Shown one piece after another: positions 13,097 through 28,043 of a stretch of DNA of 57,628 nucleotides; within the stretch, counting starts at the first letter, position 1, and the number at the start of each line of letters is the position of its first letter. The translations under genes were made by a program, and so were the position numbers. The stretch comes from Prorocentrum cordatum. Taxonomy: Eukaryota. The DNA is taken from contig CAUYUJ010000009.1 of NCBI GenBank assembly GCA_963575745.1, positions 62,001 to 119,628 of the forward strand, read 5' to 3'. Under the pieces are notes generated by a model. The model did no database searches. It saw nothing but the letters and a program-made list of their open reading frames with translations, and had not been told where the DNA came from.

Positions 13097-16065
13097 GCGG
13101 CGGCGGCGCATGCGGTGGCGGTGGCGGCGGCGGCGGCAACAACGACGACGACATGGACGGCGACAGAGACGACGCACAGCGCACGACGCACGGCGACAAC
13201 GGCGACACGGGAGGAGGATAAGGGCTTCTGGGCGCTTCTCGGTTGGCACCAGCGAGCCGTTCTCGAATGGTGCGAGCCGTGAGCGCTTGATCTCGGATCC
13301 CTGGTGCCTCCAGTCGAGGAACCAAACACTGTATAGACATAAACTTTCGGAGCTCCACGAAGAGTTCTTGGATCGATGTGACTCCCCTGCCTGGCGCGCG
13401 GAGCGCGCCCACGGCGGCGCCCGAGACGCCGCCAGGGGGGCCTGGTGCAGAGCCGAGAAACCCGCACGGACCTTCGAGAGTTAATGTTCGTGCCGTGTTT
13501 GTTCTGCCATCGCTCGGACGTCCATTCCTCGCGCATTGTTCGACTTCGTGTGTTTTTTCCAAAAGGTGACCCGGGAGGCTCCGAGAAGAAATCCACACGC
13601 CCGAGCGACGCCAAGTTGCTCTTCTTCGATGATCCAACGATCTCGGAGCCCAGGTGGCTGCAGGCCGACCAGCCCTTGGGTCGGAGCAGGGCGGTCTGAG
13701 ACATTGGAGGTTCAAAATCGGCTCCTGGACCCCTCCCGGGGTCCAAACGCAGAAGTTTTTCGCGCTGCGTGCAGCAGTGGCGACGAGGGGGCCCCCCGAA
13801 GGCCAACTACCAGTGTTAGGTCGGGCATGTCCTCCCACATGCGGGTTTTGGATGCAAAAACTAAAACGAGCCAAAAACGAATCAACAAGAGCCGAAAACA
13901 GTCAAGAAATCGTCCCAAAAATATGTATGACTACTTGGGAATATTCCTCTCGTGAGAGGGACAGGACCGACTGGATACCGGCGTCTCAGACGGCCTTCCT
14001 CTCATAGGGACCCCGACGGCGGAGCGGCGGGGCGGGCGGGCGGGCGGCGGCCGGGCGGGGCGGGGAGGCCGCGGCTCCTCCGCGCCCTCCTCGCCGTCCT
14101 TCTTCTCCGCCTCCTCCGCCTCGCGGCGGGGGGGCGGGCAACGCAGAGCGCGTCGCGGAGCGGCTCGCCCTCGGGGCGCGCGCGGCGTCGGGGCGTCGCC
14201 CGCGAGGGCTGGCGCGCAGATCAGCCGACACAAGAAGAATACGATCAGCGCTGGCCTGAGATCGGCACCGGTAACGACGCGACGGTGTCGGCAGGGGGGG
14301 GGGAGGAGGATCACTGGCCAAACATCGGGGTCTACGAGCGGGCACATCACCATCAGACAGCCCTGCGGCGTTGAAAGATCGGTCAGTGGAGAGGAGCAAG
14401 AGCAACGAGGGGGGCCGCCTCCTCTCAACCCGTGTTGCCATGCCGCCGGCTGTGCGCAAATACATAGAATGTGTATACAAACATGATGGCTAAGACATGC
14501 TATATATATATATATATAGAACTTCAAAGAAAACCAAAAAATGCCCGCGTTCCGATGGGCCAGCAGGCGGCTTAGCTCAATGTCCTCCGTGGAAGAGGCC
14601 GCCCCGCTCTTGCTTCCTGCGTCGCGCCCCGCCCGCCCGTGATGCCACGTGTGGGTGGGTGGCGCGTCTTTCGACGTGGGGGGGGGCCTCACGAGGCCGC
14701 CCCTCCGTCTGCGCACGCCGGGCGCCCATTGGAGCGCAGCGTCCGCCAGGCAGAGTCGTATCCTCCAGATCACCCCCGTCGCCCTCCCCTCTTCCTTTGT
14801 GGATGCCATGACAGTGGACAACCTAACAGTCCTATCATTGAACTTAAAATGTGCTGAAAATGTCGGGAAGTGTTCTCAACATGTTTGAGCATGTTTTTTA
14901 TATGTCTAAGACAGTCTTAACACATGTGTTAGTCATCTGGAAATTATTTGGCAGCATGCTTTCTCTCCATTGATCATCCTACACAACTCTTCCTCATCCT
15001 CACTCGCTTCCTCGCCCCCATCCATCCTTCTCTCCGCTCCTCGTCCGTCTCCTCCTCACTGGTCTGTCACCCTCCCTCCCCGCCTTGTACCCCTCCGGCT
15101 CGCTCTCCTCATCATCATCCTCGCCCTCCTTCCCGCTCCTCATCCCCTCCTCCCACTCCTCGTCCTGCTCACCACTACCATCACCGTCACCACAATCATC
15201 AGAATCAGCTCACATCCCCCCCTCCCTGCCTTCCTCCCTCGTCCTCCTCCTCCTCCTCGTCGTCCTCCTCCTCCTCCTCTTCCTCCTCCTCCTCCTCCTC
15301 CTCCTCCTCCTCCTCCTCCTCCTCCTCCTCCTCCTCCCCCTCCTCGCTTCTCCTCGTCCTACCTCTGGCCTGCCCCATTCTCCCTCCACCCATCCGTTCC
15401 TCCCACCTCTCCACACTTACCGTCCCCTCCCTCCGCCTACCTCCACCAGCTTCAACATACGATCTCCCCTTCCGTCCCTTCCACGCCCTTCATCCTGTAG
15501 TCCATCCCTCACCCTGCATTATCCAGTCCTTCTTACCCCGCTGGCCCCTCCTCTACTCTCCCCTCCTCCTTCCCTCCATTCCCTCCCACCTCCTACTCAC
15601 CGCTACGTGCTCCACGTCCTGTGTTGAGATGTGCTTGTTGTCTTCGAGGTCCGTTTTCTCCTCCTCCTCCTCCTCCTCTTCCTCCTCCTCAGCATCAGCG
15701 TCACCTTCATCATCAGCAGCAGCAGTAGCAGCATCAGCATCCACATCCGCATCTGCATCAGCACCATCATCATCAGCCGCATCATCATCATCATCAGTAT
15801 CAGCATAATCATCATCATCAGCAGCATCATCGTCGTCGTCATCGTCATCGTCGTCATCGTCATCATCATCAACACTTTCAGCATACCCGTTCTCATTCTC
15901 GTCAGGATGACCACCACCACCACCACTAGCATCGTCATCAGCGTAATCATCAGCAGCAGCAGCATAATACGACACCAACAACAACAACAACAACCACAAC
16001 AGCAACAACAACAACAAAAGCCACAACCAAAACCACAACCACAACAACAACAACAACAACAACAA

Positions 16066-16894
16066 TTACTAGCACGTGGGGACACTCCGTTCTCACCAGT
16101 GCCAGGGTTTTCATACGACGCCCGCCAATACCCCCACTTTGTGGGGGGGCCGGTTCAAGCTCTACCACATTTCCAAACGACTCTTCGCCACCACCCACAC
16201 CCAGCTTCCCGCCCTATGACGTTCGGACACTTCACTTCGTGGCCTGCGGACGACCGTGGCTACTACACTGGCGCATGGGTACAGTGACTTGTTGTGGTAA
16301 CATTTTCTGGACGCTAGCTTAGTATACGACTTTTCCCCCTGTTCCAACACTGGACACCTGTACTGGTTTTTGGTGGTAACGTGTTCCTGACGCTAGAATA
16401 GGAAACCACGGTAAACCGCGGTTCGAAGCACGTGAATAGAGAAGTTCGAAGCATGTGAAAAAGTTGCTCGCAAAAGCCCGTTTGACAGAAATGTTTAAAA
16501 AGTGCTGGGTTTCCTACAAATCCGCAAGAGCGCGCGGAATGAAATGTTGACACTTTTTTTTTGAAAAACCATTGGTTTTTTGATGTGTTTATGTTAAAAT
16601 CGCTACGAACACTAAGGTTTTGGAAGGATTTCGTCTTGCGCGCGCGAATGTCCACTTTACCTTATTTTTGCAAGGGATTCTTGAAGTTTGGTTATGTTAG
16701 AACAAGAAATGTCCACTTTGCCTTATTTTTTGCAAGGGAAAACCGCCCGTAACAAAACAACCGGATCCGGACCAACCCGTTTTGCCAGAGACTTCCTCAC
16801 GAAAATGATGAAAACATGGCTGCGGCCTAGGCGCGGCGAGGGGGTCGTGCACCAGGGGCCCCAACAATAATTATTCTTTAGAAGTAATAATGTT
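16066..16894. mobile_element. (CAA)n-flanked element, copy 3
   Basis: Same start as copy 2 (ttactagcacgtggggacactccg) and same end (taatgtt), with a different central segment. Confidence 0.8.
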
Positions 16895-16895
16895 C

Positions 16896-16983
<88 letters not shown>

Positions 16984-16984
16984 T

Positions 16985-17021
<37 letters not shown>

Positions 17022-17399
17022 AACGACGACGACAACAACAACGACGACGACGGCAAGGATGAGGCGTACTTGAAAGCACCCGGGAGGGGCTGTAGGGTTA
17101 GAACGGTCCCCTGGGGTTGAGGCGTACTTGGAAGCCCTGGGGCAAACGTGGCAGCCGCCCTGGCAACCCAGGCAACCCCAGCAACCAGGCTGCAGCATTC
17201 CCACCAGGTATTCCAAGGAATCCCGTAGGGGTGTCCATGGATACTCCCTCGCTGACAAGTATGTCTACCAGCGAAGTTCCCCCATAGAAACATCTGCGAA
17301 TCCCATGGGATCCTCCCGAATCCAGACGACTCCTTGCGAATCCCAAAAATGCTGCGGAATCCTGCGGGAGGGTCCCTGACTAGCGCCTTCTTGATAAAG

Positions 17400-20300
17400 C
17401 CGCCTCAATAGAGAGTCCATAATAAAAAGTTCTGAGCGCGGAATCCTTCCTGGGAAGTTCTTCGTAAGGAATCATACGAGGAATCATTTTAGTAAGAAAC
17501 CCTCAGTAAGGAATCATCAATAAAGTATCCTTCGTAAGGAATCCTTAGAAGGAGTCCCTACTAAGAAGCCCTTAGTACGGTCCCATTACTAGGGGATCCT
17601 TACGAAGGATTTCGATATGGTACATCCGTACTACGGAGCCCTTGATAAGGCATCCTTTAGTAAGGAATCCTTAGTAATGACTCTGCAGCAAGGGGTCATG
17701 AAAAGACCATTGGACTGTTTCCGTACTAGGGGATCCTTCGTACGACATCCGTACTAATGAATACTGAACCACGAATCCTGAACAGTCCTTAGAAAGGAAT
17801 CAATCCTGACAGGCGACTCCTGAGAAACGAAATCTTGACGAAAATATCCGTGGCAAGAATGTCTTCGTACCGCCTCCTTAGAAAAGAGTCGCTGACCGAG
17901 GATCATAAGTAAAAGTCGTACGACTTCAGAACGAAATCTTGAACAACAACCCTTAATAACGAATCCTTAACAAGGAATGCTCCAACAAAGTCTTCATGAA
18001 AAAAACACTGTGGCAACCCTTAAAAAGAGATCCGTAATAAGCAATCCGTGATACGGACTTCTTAAATCATGACCTCCGTGTAAAGGGGGGTTCCCGAGTA
18101 CGGAAATCTTAGTACGGTTTCCTTACGAGGAAAACCGTATGAAGGAACATGTCATGTCATGCAGATCCACATGAAAAAACCCTTGGTAACGAATCCTGAA
18201 GAAACCCTTTGAAAGAATATTACTTACGAAACGTTTAGTCGGGAACCCTTTTAGTACGCTTACCTTACTATGGAATCCTTCGTACGGTATCCGTGATAGG
18301 GTTTCCTGAGAAAAATCCTTGGTAAGGAATCGTTCGTAGGGAATCCTGAGTAAGGTGTTCTTCCTAAAGAATCCTGCCAAATAAATGTTAGTAACAAGTC
18401 CTTCGTAGCGCCTCCGTAGTAAGGACGCCTTGGTAATGAATCATTAGTGAAGAGCTCTTGGTCGGGAATCCTGAATGGGAAATCCTCCACAAGGAAACCT
18501 GAGTTAGGAACCCGTAACAAGGAATCCTTCGTAAGAACTCCTCAATCAGGATGACGCTATAAGAGAATGCAGAGCAAGGGATCCTCAATAAGGCATCCTG
18601 CCTCAATAACACTTACTAACGCACGCTAGCGGAGGCAAACCTTCTGCAGGAGTCCGGAAGAAGGAGTCCAAGGCGAGGGACCCTTAGTCATGAATTCATG
18701 AATCCGTGGCAAGGACTCCTTCATAAGGAATCTGGAGGGAGGGTCCATACTATGATAATTGCTTTACCGTTGGATCAGGACTCCTTTATCAAGAACCCGT
18801 GGAAAGAATCCTTAATGAGGTATCCGCAAGAAGGAACACTAGGAAGGGGCCATTGAGAAGGGATCCTGAAGTAACAAACCCTGGCCAAGAATCAATTGTA
18901 CATATTCCTTGATAACGCCTCCTTGGGAATGGTTCATCCGTAGAGAATCCGGAATCCGGAAATCTGAATCCAGAATCGTGACTGGGAATCAAATGCCAAT
19001 GCCAATGCGATCCCAAATCCGATGCCGCCGATGCAATGTCTGTGGGGGCAATCCTTCGTGGTAGATTTCAAAAAGAATCCTTGTTGCTGAGGGTTTCAAT
19101 AGGAATCCTTCTGCGAAGAAAGGCATTAGGACTCGCCAGCGCATTGCTAAAGCAGTGCCAACGCAATGCCAAACCAATGCCAAGGCGACCCCAATACAAT
19201 GCCAACGCTATGCCAATGGGGGCAATCCTTTGTGGTAGATGTCAATAGGAATTCTTCTGGGGGTTGCAATATAAATCCTTCTCTGCGCAGGGAGGCATTA
19301 GAATCCGCCAGCGCAATGCCAGAGGAATGCCAAAGCAGTGCCAACGCAATGCCAGCGCAATGCCAATGCGATCCCAAATCCGATGCCGATGCACTGTCGG
19401 TGGGGGCAATCCTTTGTGGTAGAGTTCAAAAGGAGTCCTTGTTGCTGAGGGTTTCAATTGGAATCCGTCTGCGAAGGGAGGCATTAGGACTCGCCAGCGC
19501 AATGCTAAAGCAGTGCCAACGCAATGCCAAACCAATGCCAAGGGGCGACCCAAATCCAATGACAATTGGAGCAATCATTTGTGGTTGATTTCAATGGGGA
19601 TCCTTGTTGTGGAGGGTTGCTATAGGAATCCTTCTGCGAAGGGAGGCATTAGGACTTGCCAGCGCAATGCCAGCGCAATGCTCAAACAGTGCCAACGCAA
19701 TGCCAACTCAATGTCAAGGCGACCCGACTCCGATGGATGCCAATGCAACGTCATCGGGGGCAATCCTTTGTGGTGGATGTCAATGAGAATCTTTCTTCTG
19801 AGGGTTCCAATAGAAATCCTTCAGCGAAGGAAAGCATTAGGGCTCGCCAGCGCAATGCCAGCGCACTTCCAACGCAATGCCAACACTATGTTAAACCAAT
19901 GCCAAATGGGGGCATCCTCACTTGGCGCATTTCAGTGAGAATCCTTCTGGGGTGATGTCATTGCGAACCCATGTTCGGAGGACTCCAATAGGAATCCTTA
20001 TGTGAAGGGCATCGAATGTAATCCTTCTGCGGAGAATTTCAGTGTGAATCCTTCTTGTGCTTGTGGGGGGGGGTCACTAGGCATCCTTCATGTTGGGGTG
20101 GATTAGTAAGAATTGTCTTGTGGAGCGCCCGATTCGGATTCGCCAGCGCAATGCCAACGCAGTGTCAACGCAATGCAAAACCAATGCAATAGCGACAGAA
20201 TGCAATGACAATGGAAGCAACCCTTCGTGGTAGATGTCAATCGGAGTCCTTTCTTGTGGAGGGTTTCACTAGAAGAAATCCTTTTTTGCGAAAGGAGTAA

Positions 20301-20830
20301 TGAGGACTCGCCAGCGCAAGGCAAGAGCAATGCCAAAGCAGTGCCAACGCATTGCCAGCGCAATGCCAAGGCAATCCCAACCCAATGCCAATGCAATGCC
20401 AAGTGGGGAAATCCTGCGCTGTATATTCCTATAGGAATCCTTCAGCGGAGGGTTTCACATGGAAGCCTTCTGTGGGGGATTTCAATCTGAACCCTTTTTT
20501 TCATGGAGGGTTTCAATAGGAGTCCTTTTTGTAGAAGGGTTCTGTGTGAGTCCTTCGGTGGAGGGTTCCATCAGGATTCGCCAACGCAGTGCTTGCGATG
20601 TGCCAGCGTAATGCCAACGCACTGCAAAGCACACTTCCAGCGCAATGCCGGCCCATTGCCAAACCAATGCCAATGCAATGCCAGCCGGGTGACTCTTACT
20701 TTCGAAGCATATCACTAGCAATCATTCTGCAGGTGATTCCAATACATGTAGGGATGCTTCTGTGGAGGGTTTCGATCGGAATCCTCCTGTGGAGGATTTC
20801 ACTATGAACCCTTCCTGTGAGGGTTCTCCA
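17400..20830. repeat. Degenerate satellite region: aggaatcctt-rich (to ~18980), then ~180-bp units with caatgcca motifs
   Basis: Recurrent aaggaatcctt(a/c)gta; gcaatc(c/a)tt(c/t)gtgg anchors at ~19045, 19218, 19402, 19570 and 19757. Confidence 0.8.
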
Positions 20831-21130
20831 TCGGAATCCTTCCAGAGGTGAAGGCAAGTGAGGCCACGTCGGATTCTTCTGTTCGCCTTCCCTCCCCCCC
20901 CCGAAAACAAAAAAACAATTACCCTGGCGACGTACCCAACCCCTCCGCAAACGCGGGGCGCAAATAGTTTAGGACACTTTATAAAGGGGGGCGATGACGG
21001 AGCGAGGGTTACATATGCCTCCAGGCGGAATTCGGGAGACTCACAGGACACTGGTTACAGGACAAGGACTAGATAAAGCTGATTCGTTACAATCCCTGAG
21101 CAACCCTAGCCACTTCGAAAGCGGGGATCT

Positions 21131-22457
21131 CAGATCGCAGCCCCCCAGGGATGGCGAGGTCTAATTTGAATCCGCGCGTGGCGTCACTGTGCTGGGCCCC
21201 CCAGCAGGCCTCGAAAGTGGCGACAGTTTCACAGATCGCAGCCCCCCAGGGATGGCGAGGTCTAATTTGAATCTGCGTGTGGCGTCACTGTGCTGGGCCC
21301 CCCAGCAGGCCTCGAAAGTGGCGACAGTTTCACAGATCGCAGCCCCCCAGGGATGGCGAGGTCTAATTTGGGTCCGCGTGGGCACTGTGCTGGGCCCCCC
21401 AGCAGGCCTCGAAAGTGGCGACAGTTTCACAGATCGCAGCCCCCCAGGGATGGCGAGGTCTAATTTGAATCCCCGTGGGCGTCACTGTGCTGGGCCCCCC
21501 AGCAGGCCTCGAAAGTGGCGACAGTTTCACAGATCGCAGCCCCCCAGGGATGGCGAGGTCTAATTTGAATCCGCCGTGGCGTCACTGTGCTGGGCCCCCC
21601 AGCAGGCCTCGAAAGTGGCGACAGTTTCACAGATCGCAGCCCCCCAGGGATGGCGAGGTCTAATTTGAATCTGCGGTGGCGTCACTGTGCTGGGCCCCCC
21701 AGCAGGCCTCGAAAGTGGCGACAGTTTCACAGATCGCAGCCCCCCAGGGATGGCGAGGTCTAATTTGAATCCGCGGTGGCGTCCCACTGTGCTGGGCCCC
21801 CCAGCAGGCCTCGAAAGTGGCGACAGTTTCACAGATCGCAGCCCCCCAGGGATGGCGAGGTCTAATTTGAATCCGCCCGTGGCGTCACTGTGCTGGGCCC
21901 CCCAGCAGGCCTCGAAAGTGGCGACAGTTTCACAGATCGCAGCCCCCCAGGGATGGCGAGGTCTAATTTGAATCCGCGGTGGCCCACTGTGCTGGGCCCC
22001 CCAGCAGGCCTCGAAAGTGGCGACAGTTTCACAGATCGCAGCCCCCCAGGGATGGCGAGGTCTAATTTGAATCCGCGGTGGCCCACTGTGCTGGGCCCCC
22101 CAGCAGGCCTCGAAAGTGGCGACAGTTTCACAGATCGCAGCCCCCCAGGGAGGGCGAGGTCTAATTTGGATCTGCCGCGATTACCCTCTATGCTGGACCC
22201 CCCAGCAGGCCTCGAAAGTGGCGACAGTTTCACAGATCGCAGCCCCCCAGGGAGGCGAGGTCTAATTTGGATCTGCCGCGATTACCCTCTATGCTGGACC
22301 CCCCAGCAGGCCTCGAAAGTGGCGACAGTTTCACAGATCGCAGCCCCCCCCCCAGGGATGGCGAGGTCTAATTTGAATCTGCCGCGATTACCCTCTATGC
22401 TGAGCCCCCCAGCAGGCCTCGAAAGTGGCGACAGTTTCACAGATCGCAGCCCCCCGC
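21131..22457. repeat. Minisatellite, ~100-bp unit, about 13 copies
   Basis: cagatcgcagccccccagggatggcgaggtctaatttg[variable]tgctgggccccccagcaggcctcgaaagtggcgacagtttca repeated in tandem. Confidence 0.95.
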
Positions 22458-23224
22458 AGGCAAGACAGAAAGAGGCAGGAAAGAGGCGGGAGGCGGGAGG
22501 AGGAAGGACGCGACCACACTGCTCTATTCAAAACGAATACCCAACCAAGGAGGGTTGGGAAAAAAAACGCCTGACGAAGGACCCTAATGCAGGTGTGAGT
22601 ACCGCAATTGTGATTCACTTTTTCGGTGGTGATCCCTATGAGGCAACGAGGGTGTACCGAAATGAGTGTCGCGGTACACAACGCGAACGAAAACGATTGA
22701 TCAGAATACGTGGGGAGACCGAGCGCGGGTGAATCTGAGCGCGAGTGCGTCTGACTGCGAATGAATCTGCGCGCGGGCGAGTCTACGTGCATGAATGCGA
22801 ATATGACAAGGCATGGTGTAATTGTATATGAATGTCAATATTTTGAAAATGAGTGCCTCTGAATACTCGTGACGCTGGGCGTGGCCGCCGCAAAGAGCTT
22901 CCCCGAGACTCCTCGACGGCATCGCCCGCGCGCCGCGACGCCAATGTCGGCGCGCCACCCCGCGAGGATCGCGCCCGCTTCCTCCCGTTCTTTTACTCCT
23001 TCTTTGCCCGCGCACTCAAAAGTCCAAGGCTGCGGGCGCAGCGCAGCGCGGAGTCCCCGCGACGTGCGCAGGTCGCCCCGGAGGGGTCCCAGCGACGCGC
23101 GCGGATCGTCCGCTGCGCGGGACATGGCTGGCTGATAGCGGGCAAGGCTCTTGCCGCTGGGCAGAGCGACGACGGGCGAGCGAGGCGCGGAACTTCTACG
23201 GCCTCCGACGGCCTCCGACGGAGG

Positions 23225-24235
23225 TGTACTGGGTGGGGGAGACGCATGCGGACTGCGCCACGGGGACCTTCGGTGGGGCTCCATATGGGGTCACGACACG
23301 CTGTACTGGGTGGGGGAGAAGCATGCGGACTGCGCCACGGGGACCTTCGGTGGGGCTCCATATGGGCCCACGAAACGCTGTACTCATGCGGACTGCGCCA
23401 CGGGGACCTTCGGCGGAGCCCCTATGGGGCCACGAAACGCTGTACTGGGTGGGGGAGACGCATGCGGACTGCGCCACGGGGACCTTCGGCGAAGCCCCAT
23501 ATGGGGCCACGAAACGCTGTATTGGGTGAGGGGGACGCATGCGGACTGCGCCGCGGGGACCTTCGGCGGAGCCCCTTATGGGGCCACGACACGTTGTACT
23601 GGGTGGGGGAGACGCATGCGGACTGCGCCACGGGGACCTTCGGCGGAGCCCCTATGGGGCCACGAAACGCTGCACTGGGTGGGGGAGACGCATGCGGACT
23701 GCGCCACGGGGACCTTCGGCGAAGCCCCTTTTATGGAGCCACGAAACGCTATACTGGGTGAGGGGGACGCATGCGGACTGCGCCACGGGGACCTTCGGCG
23801 AAGCCCCTATGGGGCCACGAAACGTTGTACTGAGTGGGGGAGACGCATGCGGACTGCGCCACGGGGACCTTCGGTGGGGCTCCATATAGGGCCACGAAAC
23901 GCTGTACTGGGTGGGGGAGACGCATGCGGACTGCGCCACAGTGACCTTCGGTGGGGCTCCATATGGGGCCACGAAACGCTGTCCTGGGTGAGGGAGACGC
24001 ATGCGGACTGCGCCACGGGGACCTTCGGTGGAGCCCCTGTGGGGTCACGAATCGCTGTACTGGGTGAAGGAGACGCATGTGATACACACCAGTGGGGCCT
24101 TCGGTGGGGCTCCCCATGGGGCCACGAAACGCTGTACTGGGTGGGGGAGACGCATAAGATACACACAACTGGGGACCTCCGGTGGGGCTCCCTTTGGGGC
24201 CACGAAACGCTGTACTGGGTGGGGGAGACGCATGT
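23225..24235 (+). repeat. Minisatellite, ~77-bp unit, about 13 copies
   Basis: gtactgggtgggggagacgcatgcggactgcgccacggggaccttcggtggggctccatatggggccacgaaacgct. Confidence 0.95.
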
Positions 24236-24553
24236 GGAGGAGAAGCGTGAGAGGAGGAGAGAGGAGGGAGGAGGAGGAGGAGGAGGAGGAGGAGGAGGAG
24301 GAGGAGGAGGAGGAGACGCGGGGACCGTCCCTTCAAAACGAAGACCCAACAACACAGGTTGGCTGGGAAAAAAAACGAAAAACAAAAAAACAAAAAATGA
24401 CGAGAGGTGTTTCGCTATGTTCGGGTTCTGGGGGCCCTTCCTGGGCCTCGGGGCCGTCAAAAAACGACTCGGGATGAAAAAGCAGACCTCGGGAAGGGGT
24501 CTGAGCTTCTGGGGGTCACGTCATGTAAAGTTCACGACGTCGGTGGTCTGGGT

Positions 24554-24683
24554 CGGTGGTTCAAAGACGGGGTCCTGAGGGATGGGGTCCTGAGGACGAG
24601 GTGCCGGAAACAACGTCAATCCACCCTTGGATGTTTTTTATCCTCTGGACCCCATCCCTCAGGACCCCACCTTTAAACCACTG
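24554..24683. mobile_element. MITE with ~37-bp imperfect TIRs
   Basis: cggtggttcaaagacggggtcctgagggatggggtcc / ggaccccatccctcaggaccccacctttaaaccactg. Confidence 0.7.
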
Positions 24684-24892
24684 GCTGACCCCCCCACACC
24701 TCCCCCGCTTCTTCGCCGCCGCCGCCATCGCGGCCACCGCCGCCAACGCCGCCACCGCCACCGCCGCCGCCGTCGTGGTCGTCGTCGTCGTCGTCGTCCT
24801 CGTCGTCCTCGTCGGCATCGTGATCGTCGTCGTCCTCGTCGTCCTCGTCGTCCTCGTCGTCGTCGTCGTCGTCGCTGTCGTCGTCGTCGTCC

Positions 24893-24924
<32 letters not shown>

Positions 24925-25344
24925 GTCCTCGTCGTCGTCGTCGTCATCGTCGTCGTCGTCTGCGCCTCTCTCGTCCAGCAGGGCGCGTGCACGCGGCGGT
25001 GGGGCCTTCTTCACGGGCGGCGGCGGAGCCTTCTTCTTCCAGCTGGAGGCCTGCTCCTCCTCTCTCCTCTTCCTCCTCCTCCTCCTCCTGCTCCTCCTCC
25101 TCCTCCTCATCCTCCTCCTCGTCCTACTCCTCCTCCTCCTCCTCCTCCTCCTCCTCCTCCTCCTCCTCCTCCTCCTCCTCCTTCTCCTCCTGCTCCTCCT
25201 CATCCTCCTCCTCCACGCGCACCGCACGCTGCAGCCACCGCGTGCTGCCAGAAGGAGCGCTGGACCCTGCCATCCTCGCGCCATGAAAATCACTCGGCGC
25301 AGAGGTCTCCATATGTGCATCGCTGCTCCTTAGGAGAGCTACAA

Positions 25345-25487
25345 ACAATACACCACCACCAGCCCTGGCCAGGACTATCGTGGGCCCTGGACTGGTGTAC
25401 AGGCCTTCCTGGCCCAGGCTAGGAAGTCCGTACACCGATCCAGGGCCCAGGAAGTGTCTGGCCAGGGCTGGTGGTGGTGTATAGTTG
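25345..25487. mobile_element. MITE related to 4839-4979
   Basis: atacaccaccaccagccctggccag ... ctggccagggctggtggtggtgtat inverted ends. Confidence 0.7.
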
Positions 25488-25671
25488 AAGTCCCTCCGAC
25501 TCCTGGCGCTTCCGTCCGTGAGCGTCTGGGTGAGAGAATATCGCAGCCTGTGGCGACTAGGCGATCCCTGGCGGCTCCCCCTTGGAGTGCCCAAAAGGTA
25601 TGCCTGCTTCAGTGGGATGCTCTTGAGGCTCTGAAAGGAAAGGGGTCGGGGGGGGGGCTAATCCAGCGTTT

Positions 25672-26290
25672 CGTCTGACTCGCTCGAGACATCATCACGA
25701 TCTGCTCTGAAAGCGCAGAAGTCCAAGCCACCTAACGAGCACCTCGATCGAGACGTCCGTACAGTCTGGCCGCAGACGGGCCTGTGCAACACCCTCTGGC
25801 GCCCCCCCATTGGGGTGCTGAAGCCAGCGCCTCGCTCGAGGCAGCCTCGCGATCTGCTCTGAAAGCAGGAAGGTCCAAGCCGCCAAACAGGCAAACCGCA
25901 GGAGGCATACCGACACGCTTCTCCGCGAACGGGCCCGTGCAGCCCCCCCCTGGCGGCTCCCTCCTGGGGTGCTGAAGCCAGCGCCTCGCTCGAGACATCC
26001 TCTCGATCTGCTGCGAAAGCGAGTAAGTCCCAGCCACCAAACAGACAAACCGCCAGAGGCACCCCCGCGAGCTGGCCGCGACCGGGCCCGTGCAGCACAA
26101 CATGGCCCCCGCCCCCTCGGGGTGCTGAAGAAAGCGCCTCGCTCGAGACATCCTCACGATCTGCTCCGAAGGCAAAGAAATCCCAGCCACCAAACAGGCA
26201 AACCGCCTGAGACACCCAGCAAGCTGTCCGCGAACGGGCCCGTGCAACAGCCCATGGTCCCCGCCACATTGGGGTGCTGAAACCAGCGGT
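25672..26290. repeat. Tandem repeat, ~153-bp unit, 4 copies
   Basis: cgctcgag(a/g)c recurs at ~25681, 25833, 25987 and 26140, with shared cgatctgct, gggcccgtgca and ggggtgctgaa. Confidence 0.85.
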
Positions 26291-26566
26291 GAGGCGAGCC
26301 TGAGTGTGAGTGGTCTGTGCGAGTGAGTCTGAGTGTGAGTGAGTCTGAGCGCTCGAGACTCTGAGTGTGTATGAGTTTGAGTGTGAGAAATGAGTCTGAG
26401 CGTGTTTGTTTTTTGCTTCTGGCGTGATCCAGGTCCCTGAGGATTACTTGTGTGGCTCTGCATATTACAAACACGAGGCACTCGTAATTCGAATGCCAAG
26501 TGGTTCTTGTATTAGATCATTCGATAGCTGGGTCGCACCAGCACTTCTGCAGCCGAACAGTCTGGC

Positions 26567-28043
<1,477 letters not shown>

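Noticed and set aside
21131..22457. CRISPR array
   Set aside because: The constant part (~80 bp) is too long, the variable parts are homologous to each other, there are no cas genes, and the context is eukaryotic.
22853..24578. ORFs with repeating peptides (HADCATGTFGGAP; also 21161-22732 and 53378-55124)
   Set aside because: These are translations of minisatellites whose unit lengths are mostly not multiples of three.
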